Assembly (NCBI GenBank): GCA_964560015.1
Contig: CAZLKD010000001.1
Span: 1-24,818 of the forward strand
Source of the DNA: an uncultured Candidatus Peribacteria bacterium
Lineage (GTDB): Bacteria > Patescibacteriota > Gracilibacteria > BD1-5 > JAGOOR01
DNA length: 24,818 nt
Direction: 5' to 3'
This document shows positions 10,604 through 18,919 of the stretch, one piece after another (position 1 is the stretch's first letter; each line of letters opens with the position of its first letter). Both the position numbers and the translations under genes were made by a program. The notes below the pieces were generated by a model that worked only from the letters and a program-made list of their open reading frames with translations, was not told where the DNA came from and did no database searches.

Positions 10604-11398
10604 TTAGGTTATTTTTTCAGCTAATTTACCTGTGTATTCTTGCCATCTGTGAATGATAGCACGACAGTAGACAGGATTGATTTCAACCGTCACACACTTT
10701 CTACCAGTCTGTTCTGAAGCCATGAGCGTACTTCCTGAACCCCCGAAAGGATCATAAACGGTGTCATCTCGTTTACTGGAATTGAGTATCAATTCTCTGA
10801 GAAGCGGAATTGGCTTCATAGTAGGATGGATCGTATTCTTTCTCACTCTCGCAAACGGAAGAATGCTCTTCGCTTTTCAACCATAGAAGGCATGTTTTCC
10901 ATACCATCCATAAGCAATGAGCTCGTGTTGAGGCAGATAATCAAGACGGCCAATGATTGCCGAGTCTTTTATCCATACCAAGAGCTGTGTAAACTTCATT
11001 CACGCCTGAAGCATTCACTCTCGAAGAGCAAATATCATTTTGTCGGCATTAAAGATGTACGATGCATTTTTTTCTGCAAAGTATGGGAGCATAGGAGTAA
11101 TCCAGTCTCGTGTGAACTGGGCATATTCTCTGTCAGTCTGTATTCCGTCTTGAGGGATATCTTCGAACTTCTCCGTTGTACCGGTGAATCATTTCTTTGA
11201 TTCGACATAATCGATTCAATATGGTGGATCTGTCAGGAGAAGATTGATTCTCTGTCCATCTCTCAAGAGTCGCTTCCATATATCTGGATGACGAGAATCT
11301 CCACAGAAGAGAAGATGGTCTCAGAGGAGAAATATATCTCCTTGAGCAATATTAAGCTCCTTTGATTTTGGTAGCTTTGGTGTTGGTGAGTGTTTCAT
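10604..11398 (-). CDS. Beta-class N6A/N4C DNA methyltransferase (264 aa)
   Basis: LLFCGDS, TDPPY, HPTMKP and DPFGGSGST in beta order; open frame in code 25. Confidence 0.9.
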
Positions 11399-12665
11399 AG
11401 CGTTTGATTATTAGGTCAAGAAATAAAGGTTCGTGTTCCATAAGGAGAGCCGTGCGTTTCATTTGCTCGCAGGCAATCAACGTGCTACCCGATCAACCAA
11501 AGAGATCGAGAACAATATCTCCAACTTTCGTACAGCGTTTAAGGGGCTTCTCGTGGAGCGTGGGTGGTTTTTCCGTAGGATGTTCGTAAGTACCTACTAC
11601 GAGTCTTTTTGCGAGCCACAGGTCAAATAAATCGATAATGTCTTCAAGAACTCGATTTCCTACTCATACTTCTTTATCAAGAACTTCCGTCAGATTTCTT
11701 AAGTCTGATGAAAGGTATGGTTTTCATCGTGTCCCATAGACACACGGTTCATAGCTCCTATTGAATGCGATCTGCGGTGTGGCATTCATATTGTTCTTAA
11801 CCCAGAGACATACTCTTCTCGGTTCGAGTCCAAGTGAGGAATATATATTTTGCAGGAGTCAGATGGAATTCGGATCGCACCAGCAAAAGATATGTGTGTC
11901 CTCGTGGGAATGTGCTAGACCATTCGAAAGTGTTGTAACAAGGAACTCTCTGTATGCTTCTCAAGTCTTTGCATCATTTGTTTTCTTACCTCCATACTGT
12001 TTGCTGTTATTCAGTCACTTGGAATAATCTAAACCTATGTTGTATGGCGGATCATAATAGAGCATCGACACTTTTCACGATCCTTCTGGTAGAGAATGTA
12101 TCAACTCAGATACCTGGTCGGCATTTGTAGAATCTCAGCACATAATTCTATGATTTCAGAGAGCATAGATATCTCAGAGTTTACTTTGTGGTTCTCCGAG
12201 AGCTTCAAGTTCTTTCTCTGTTTGAAAATTATCCTCTTCAACTCACAACATGGCATCCCACATGGAAGAGAGTTCTGCGTTATCAAATCCTACATCGAGG
12301 AGGAGTCATACATCGAAGTCTTTAAGAATATCGAAATCCCAATCTCACGTATTCTGATTGAGTCTCAAATTAAGCTCTTTCTCCCTTTCTAGCGGAAGTG
12401 CAAGATAGAGTACTGGTACCTCTTTCATTCCGAGGGCTTTGGACGCTTCTAGTCGAAAATGTCATCCAATGACTACCTGCTTTCGCTCTGGGGTGTTGTT
12501 CACAATAATTGGATCTACTAATCAGTAGCTCCTAATACTTTCCATTAACGCCTGCATCTGGCGTTCCGAGTGCTTCCGAGGATTGTAGGAGGCGGGATTC
12601 AGAGTGTCTATGGGAACATAGACTATTTTCTGACGCAGGTCTGAGACCTTGATTTTCTGAGACAT
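11352..12665 (-). CDS. ParB-like N-terminal domain fused to beta-class DNA methyltransferase (437 aa)
   Basis: YNPRKH...G(TGA)HFRLEA ParB motif, YDPPY, HPTEKP, DLFG(TGA)SGST. 15 in-frame TGA codons. Confidence 0.92.
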
Positions 12666-12822
12666 AATGTAAAAAGGTGAAAAATAAAGGATATTGCCTG
12701 GAGAGTCAGATATTTGTTTGAGATGTCATCTCTAACAAATGCGATTCCCAAGAGCAATAGATTGATTGTCTTCTTTTGCTATTACCTCTCCATGTCATTT
12801 GAAACCTGAAAGAGAAAATCGT

Positions 12823-12857
12823 AAAAAAACCGGCGTTCTCTTTTGGAGTTCGCCGGC
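12823..12857 (-). terminator. Intrinsic terminator between the 246-aa gene and the MTase operon
   Basis: CCGGCG...CGCCGG hairpin followed on the minus strand by a T tract (7 A at 12823-12829 on plus). Confidence 0.65.
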
Positions 12858-12925
12858 ACAATCTATCATAAAATTTATACTGTGGTTGCTAAGTTATACC
12901 CTCTAGCTTTGCAACTCATCGAGTT

Positions 12926-13666
12926 TTAAGAATCAGCTTCATCTAAATCCTGTACTAAAGAAAAGAATCCTCGACTTAATTTCGTCAGACGAGATCTTTT
13001 TGATTTATCCCATGACTGTATCTCCACTTCTTCCTTCTGAGTCAGAAATCCAAAAAGTTCTTTCTTCATAAGTAGACGAAGACCTACCTGATCAGCAAGA
13101 TACTTTTTCTCCATCTGTTCAGTATTTTTATATTTCTCAATAACCTCATTAGAATAACGACGAACACGAGACTTTCTAACAGGATATTCCTTGTTGAATT
13201 TTTCAATTTCTAGCCAGATATTATCGAAGTCCTTCTTTTTAATATTTCTATGAAGAGTGATAGTGTGACCATCTTCGCCTAATTGAAGACGATGGTGAAG
13301 AAGTGCATCTCCGAATCTGTTTTGTAAAACAAAATCTTTGAGAAGATCTAAAAAGTTTCTGAGTCGATACTTAAGTGCAATACTCTCAATATCTTTATGA
13401 AATTCTTCCCATAGTTTTTGGAGGTCAGGTCAGTAATATTTGACCGTTGCTACAGAGCTAATATCACGTTTCCAGTATTTCTGATTTAAGAGATGAATAG
13501 GGATATTATGAGTACCCGTTTTTGTTTTGGAAATACCATACTTAACACGGATGATTTCAATGTCATCTAAAAAACCCTGTTCAGACTTGAGATACTGAAA
13601 AAGTGGAGCAATAAGTCTTGCCCTCCTTTCCTGCTCTTCCTTGTCGATAGAATATCTTTTTCGCAT
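12926..13666 (-). CDS. Hypothetical basic protein (246 aa)
   Basis: Fragments 13430-13666 and 12926-13114 are in the same frame and continuous through one TGA; no motif recognised. Confidence 0.75.
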
Positions 13667-13768
13667 AGTTGAGAAATTATAAGCCCATACTTATATTTTA
13701 TCTAAATCATTACCTTCACCAAAGTTATAACTGAGCCATGTCATTGTTATGCTTTTGATATCAATAAA

Positions 13769-13960
13769 ATGAGTACTTTATTTCCTCACCATTTTTTTAT
13801 GGAAGAACCAGAATATTCAGAACCTGAGTACATTGGGAGTTTCAAATGCGGGAAAGGACGCAAGCAGACGGTAAAGATGTATGCAGTTTACAAAAAGATC
13901 ACGCCCGAAGAGCAGAAAGAGATAGACATACAAATTCTCAGAATTTTGGGATTCTTATAG
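13769..13960 (+). CDS. Small hypothetical protein (63 aa)
   Basis: ATG to TAG, divergent from the 246-aa gene; plausible composition. Confidence 0.5.
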   Translation: MSTLFPHHFFMEEPEYSEPEYIGSFKCGKGRKQTVKMYAVYKKITPEEQKEIDIQILRILGFL

Positions 13961-14005
13961 CGTTAGACAAATCGACATATTCTATTATTTCTTTACTTTC
14001 CCCAT

Positions 14006-14173
14006 ATGAAACAGCCATACAATCAAGAGGAAAACATCGTCGGTAGAGCTCTCTATGAGCTTATTAAAATACTTAACGAAATAGATTTAGATGCTAAGAA
14101 TACAGAAAAAGGCAGTCCTGACGAAATGATTATTAAACGTCGCAACAAAAAGGATATCAAGGTGAAACTATAA
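14006..14173 (+). CDS. Small hypothetical protein (55 aa)
   Basis: MKQPYNQEENIVGRALYELIKILNEIDLDAK...KVKL; below the ORF-track size cutoff; ends 5 nt before the csoR stop. Confidence 0.45.
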   Translation: MKQPYNQEENIVGRALYELIKILNEIDLDAKNTEKGSPDEMIIKRRNKKDIKVKL

Positions 14174-14178
14174 AGTTA

Positions 14179-14466
14179 TTATTTCCTCATTGAAACATCC
14201 CATATGCGAGCGAATTCTTCAACAAACTGCTCACCTTTCTTTGTATCTTTGTGAGAGAGATCCGTTTTCCCACAGCAGAGAAGATGATTTTTCATCAGTT
14301 CAGTATTTACTCCTCGAAGCAGACCCATAGCGGCATTGATCTGTTGACCAATATCTGCACAATAAGCATCCTCTTCAATCATCTGGGCAATCTTTCACAA
14401 AGTTCACTGAGATTTTTTGATGGCGAGAAGGAGTTTTTTCTGAAGAGTAGGATTAGAGCGGATCAT
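14179..14466 (-). CDS. csoR: CsoR/RcnR-family metal-sensing repressor (95 aa)
   Basis: IKKSQ(TGA)TL(TGA)KIAQMIEEDAYCADIGQQ...NHLLCC with the Cys/His/Cys ligand pattern; lies in the copper cluster. Confidence 0.85.
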
Positions 14467-14483
14467 AGAAAAGAAATTAGATA

Positions 14484-14879
14484 TTAGTTTACGTTGAGAG
14501 CGAAGGTATACATGCCCATGCCGCAAATTCATTGTATTTTTTCACCAGCTTTTGGCGAGCCGAGATCTATCTCCGTTTCTCCAGTAGCTGGGAGCATACC
14601 TCGGTAGTTTGCTGATTTTACAACGAGAGAGGAAGAGCAATCATAGGTATCATTGGTTTTTACAATGAGCTTGGTTGGTATACCTCCTCTGATTGTAGTA
14701 GAACGTGGACTGTACCCACCTTTAGCATTGATGGTAACATTTTGTACACCATTCACCATAGAGACATTTGTAGAAGCCTCTCCTGAAGTATCCGAAGGAG
14801 AACTGCCTTGATCTGTGAAAACAAATGCGAGCACGCCTACTAATAGGATGGTGACAATAATAGAAATGGTTTTTTTCAT
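14484..14879 (-). CDS. Membrane-anchored cupredoxin-domain protein (131 aa)
   Basis: N-terminal hydrophobic anchor, GGYSP, YDCSSSL, C-terminal (TGA)ICGMGM. Confidence 0.85.
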
Positions 14880-14897
14880 AGGAGAAAAGATAAAGAA

Positions 14898-15902
14898 TTA
14901 AATATTGATGATAGGGTTTATGATACCGAGACCTGCTAATCCCGCAAGAAGTGCAAAGACACCAAGACCGATCACAACTATGCCTGCCGATTTGAAGAAA
15001 AGAGGTGCGTATCGAGAGTGAGCAAATCATGCTGATCCAAATGAGAGGAGTGCGAGCATAGGAAAGGTGCCGAGAGAGAAAGCGAGCATGATGAGTCCTC
15101 CGCTGATAAAAGACCCACTAGAGAGAGCTGAAATCTGCATGGATTGAGTAAACCCACACGGAAGAAAGAAAGTACTGATTCCGATAATGAGAGGTGTTAG
15201 CGTTTTATGTTCTATTCTCCTGAGAAACTGAAATATTCAGGCAGGGAGAGTGATACGTGATTGAGTGAGTATGCCTACGAGATTAGCACCAAGGAGCATC
15301 ATGACAAGTGCAGCAAATATGCCCAAAAGACTAGTAAAAAGAGGATTGATACCTATAGCCTGTCCAAGTATTCCAAGAATGCCTCATAGAAGGGCAAAGC
15401 CAACAATTCTCCCAACATGAAAGAGAATAAAATTCTTCCTATCACTCACTCCATCCTGCGACACTTTTGCTGATAAGGAGAGTACCAATCATCCCACCAC
15501 TGCCAAACAGCTCGATACAGAGGCAATAAGACCCAAGGTAAAGCTCGAAGCAGGTGTAACTTGGCCTCATATTCCAAAGTTGAGTATCCCTGATTTTTGT
15601 AAGAGGAAGAAGAGTATAAGTATGGCGAGCCCCAGAGGAAGAGCCTGCCAGATAATTTCTCAGTCCTTCTCTTTCATAACCCGATCAACCGAAAGAACGT
15701 AACCGTTGTGTTTGATTTTTTCATTCAGCATCTCTGCAATGTTCTCTAGGCTATTATCGAGCGTCGTCTCAAGTGTAATGGTTTTCCTTTTCAAATCGAC
15801 ATAAGTATTTTCTATACCTATCTGCTCATTAATGATATCTTCGAGCAGTATCTTACAGGCAGGACAGTGGGTACCGGAAACATGGAGTGTATATGATTGC
15901 AT
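14898..15902 (-). CDS. HMA domain fused to DsbD_2/sulfite exporter TauE-like membrane domain (334 aa)
   Basis: N-terminal GTHCPAC, membrane motifs SSCLAVVGG and LPCGFTQ; continuous in code 25. Confidence 0.87.
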
Positions 15903-15912
15903 AAATTATATC

Positions 15913-16203
15913 TTAATACCAATTAAATATTTTCAGTAAGATTAGTAGTCCTATTAAAGCATAGAAGATTTGATAAGGCACCATCCTAAATCCATACTTT
16001 GGATCCCGTTGGAAATGAATGAAATAATTGTATAGGTGACCAAGTTCATCAATTACAGCTACTCCGAGTATTACCAACAGCGTGTCCTTGATTACCAGCC
16101 CATAAAACATAACCGTAAAGCTCACTACATGCAAAATAATGTTTACTGTGCCTTTATGAAAATCAGTAAAAAAGAATTTTGAATTTTGTAAGAAAGTTTT
16201 CAT
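15913..16203 (-). CDS. Small membrane protein (96 aa)
   Basis: Complete hydrophobic ORF with H-x-G-x-x-N-x-x-x-H and ELGH; sits tightly between copA and the HMA gene. Confidence 0.75.
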   Translation of the reverse strand: MKTFLQNSKFFFTDFHKGTVNIILHVVSFTVMFYGLVIKDTLLVILGVAVIDELGHLYNYFIHFQRDPKYGFRMVPYQIFYALIGLLILLKIFNWY

Positions 16204-16209
16204 AGAGTC

Positions 16210-18492
16210 TTAAAGTTTTACATTCCTAAGCCGTAGAGAGTTGCTCACAACGGTAATGCTCTCAAACGCCATCAACGCTCCTGCAATAGCTGGACTCAGT
16301 GTCCATCAAAAATATGGATAGAGTATACCTGCAGCAATAGGAATACCTAGGGAATTATACCCGAAAGACCAGATAAGGTTTTGCCAGATCGTCCTGTTCG
16401 TTTTTCGTGCGAGATTGATGGCTTCTGCGACCTTGGCAATATCTCCTTTGAGAAGGACAATATCGGAACTCTCGATCGCAATGTCAGAACCATTGCTCAT
16501 AGAGATAGCCACATCCGCCTGAGCTAGGGCAGGGGCATCGTTCACACCATCACCAATCATAGCTACTTTCAATCCTCGCTTCTGTAAATCGGTAATGATC
16601 GTGAGTTTATCCTCTGGCTTCACATCGCAGAATACTTCATCGATACCGAGTTCACGCGCGACGGCTTCACCTGTTTTTTTATGATCGCCTGTCGCCATGA
16701 TAATCTTGAGACCGAGTTTCCTTAGTTTCTCGATTTCACTCTTTGCATCAGCTTTCACAGTATCGTGTATTTTTATAAGCGAGAGGATTTCTTTTTTGTT
16801 GGCGAGATAGATTTCTCTTCCACTTTCGAAATACGTACTCTCAAACTGATTTTTGATTTTCTCAGACGTACTTCCTGTCATCTCGGATACATAGGAGAGC
16901 GAGCCGAAGAAGTAAGTATTATTATCCCACTGTGCAGTGACGCCCTTTCATGGCAATTCTTTCAGCTCAGAAAGAGGAAGAGTATTTTTTTGACCGCTTT
17001 CAAGGGACCGGGCAATGCTTTCGGAGATAGGATGCTTCGAGGATCGTGCAATGCTGTATATCAGTGGATCAAAATTTGTATCTTTATCAGCTCAATTTGG
17101 AGCAAAAATACCCTCGACAGAGAGTGTGTTCTCAGTAAGCGTTCCTGTCTTATCAAATACTACTGCCTGAACCTGGGCAAGTTTCTCAAGGCTCTCTGCG
17201 TTTTTTATCAATATACCACGACGAGCACCAGCTCCGACGCCTGTGATGATAGCTGTTGGTGTAGCCAAGCCAAGCGAACAAGGACATGCAATAACAAGGA
17301 CTGCCATAGTGCACGAAAGAGCGAGTGCAATAGATCGAGACCAGCCAAGCGACGCAGGTCAGAAAAATAGCCAACAGAGGAGTGTTATGAGAGCAAGACC
17401 AATAACCACGTACACAAAAATGCCTGAGATCTTGTCTGCTATCCTCTCAATAGGAGCTTTTGAATTCTGGGCATTTTCAACGATTTGGATGATATGGGCA
17501 AGAGTTGTATTTTTACTGTCTTTCTCAACACAGATTTTGAGAAGACCGTGAAAATTCTGGGTCCCAGAAAATACCACATCATTAATTCCTTTATCCACTG
17601 GAATGGACTCTCAGGTGAGATGAGACTCATCGAGTGTGCTTGATCAGAAGATGATAGTACCATCAAGAGGTATCCTCTCGTTTGGCTTCACAACAATAAT
17701 GTCACCTATTTTTACTTCGTCGATAGCCACTTCTATTTCTTTGCCATCTCTCTCAACTATAGCTGATTTACTGGTAAGCTCGGCGAGTTTTTGCAGTGCT
17801 TCATTTGTTTTCTTCTTTGCTCGCGCTTCGAGAAACTGTCCGAGAGCGATAAGACCTATGACAACTATAACAACATCATAAAAATTTGACCGAACATCAA
17901 GATAGGGAGCGAGTGGTTTTTCAAAAGCTGTCACAGCAAATGAATAAACGAAAGCAACGATGGTGGAAATACCCACAAGGACATCCATATTTGCTGTGCC
18001 TGTTCGTAAAAATAACCATACAGCACGAATATATTTTCTTCCAATTCCAAAGAGCACAAACGAAGCAAAAATAGGCATCAGATGATGAAATGCCTCATAC
18101 CATGTCTCGGACATCTCACCAATTATATTATTCTGGGCCAAGACTTCCCACCCCATCATAAAAAATGAAAAGATGATCATTGGTACCACGAATTTCATCT
18201 CAAATGCTGTCTGTTCAGGGTTACCGTGATCGTGCATATCGTGAGAAGGTTTCTCTGAGTGTTTTATATGAGACATTTCTTCTTGTTCTACGAGTGTATA
18301 CCCAAGTGGCTTAATAGGAGCATTCAAGTCTTCTGTGGGGATTGTCTTGTCTGAAAAGATGACCGTTGCCTTTTCCGAGGAAAGACCAACTGAGCAAGAC
18401 TCCACTCCTGGAATTTTAGAAATTTTGTTTTGTATGAGAGATACACAGCTTGCACAATGCATACCGCTTATTTTGTAAATCTTCTTATCCAT
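16210..18492 (-). CDS. copA: P1B-type Cu-transporting ATPase (760 aa)
   Basis: GMHCASC, His-rich linker, LT(TGA)[33 protein letters not shown] and MAFES. Confidence 0.95.
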
Positions 18493-18509
18493 AAATTATT
18501 CTATTTTTA

Positions 18510-18530
18510 ACCTGTACCATAGGTATAGGT
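18510..18530. promoter_or_regulatory. Candidate CsoR operator upstream of copA
   Basis: Inverted repeat ACCTGTACC-ATA-GGTATAGGT (8/9 match), 17 nt upstream of the copA ATG; TACC/GGTA core is typical of CsoR-type sites. Confidence 0.55.
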
Positions 18531-18600
18531 AATTATAGGCATATACTATAAAAATCAAATCTCTTTTTTAGGTGTGCCATTTGTCCCATTTTCCTCCTAA

Positions 18601-18627
18601 ATGGTTCTAGACCCGTTAGGTCAACCA
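18601..18627 (+). pseudogene. Degenerate tRNA 3'-like fragment
   Basis: ATGG-TTCTAGA-CCCGT-TAGGTCA-A-CCA has T-arm/acceptor/CCA spacing and is followed by a terminator. Confidence 0.45.
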
Positions 18628-18634
18628 AAAAATC

Positions 18635-18660
18635 AAACCCCTCCTTTTAGGAGGGTTTTT
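18635..18660 (+). terminator. Intrinsic terminator (possibly bidirectional)
   Basis: CCCTCCT-TTT-AGGAGGG stem with a T tract downstream and an A-rich run upstream. Confidence 0.7.
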
Positions 18661-18682
18661 ATTTTTTAATTGAGTTATGTAG

Positions 18683-18800
18683 TGGGACTCGAATAGAGAG
18701 CGATCTCTGCTCGAAGATATGCCCACAGGCATATCTGTCCCGAGCCGTCTCCGGCAGCGAGTGAAACGAGCGAGAGGAAAGAATCCCTCATTCCCAACCA
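18683..18800 (+). other. 118-nt multi-hairpin GC-rich element ending in a tRNA-type 3' end with CCA
   Basis: Hairpins GAGC/GCTC, AGATATGCC/GGCATATCT and GCCG/CGGC; ends GAATCCCTCATTCCCAACCA. Confidence 0.55.
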
Positions 18801-18822
18801 TTACGTACATTAATGTTACATT

Positions 18823-18850
18823 GTGACCCTATTACCTAGGGTCATTTTTT
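18823..18850 (+). terminator. Intrinsic terminator homologous to 385-414
   Basis: TGACCCTA-TTACC-TAGGGTCA followed by 6 T. Confidence 0.8.
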
Positions 18851-18919
18851 AGTGGGCATCTTCCCAGGGTTTCCATTTCCTCCATTTTTTATATACTAAT
18901 AATACTTTAACCTTTTGTA

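Larger units (their letters stand above)
7385..14173. mobile_element. Phage-like packaging/integration module lacking structural genes
   Basis: Co-oriented ParB-MTase, MTase, TerS-like, TerL and serine recombinase plus small ORFs. Ends not defined. Confidence 0.6.
364..18780. mobile_element. Putative ~18.4 kb genomic island between diverged tRNA-3'/terminator direct repeats
   Basis: 344-413 and 18781-18850 are about 76% identical direct repeats. The cargo includes a recombinase, terminase, MTases, the chaperone operon and copper genes. Boundaries are inferred. Confidence 0.5.

Noticed and set aside
7880-12392. Plus-strand ORFs (7880-8305, 8094-8312, 8684-8905, 9884-10066, 10826-11200, 11404-11589, 11761-12027, 12096-12392)
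   Set aside because: Antisense to the well-supported recombinase, terminase and MTase genes.
12666-12800. Possible short ORF upstream of the ParB-MTase
   Set aside because: It runs out of frame into the MTase gene with no protein-like features; more likely promoter or leader sequence.
16765-17551. Plus-strand ORFs of 201 and 102 aa
   Set aside because: Antisense shadows of copA with no recognisable motifs.
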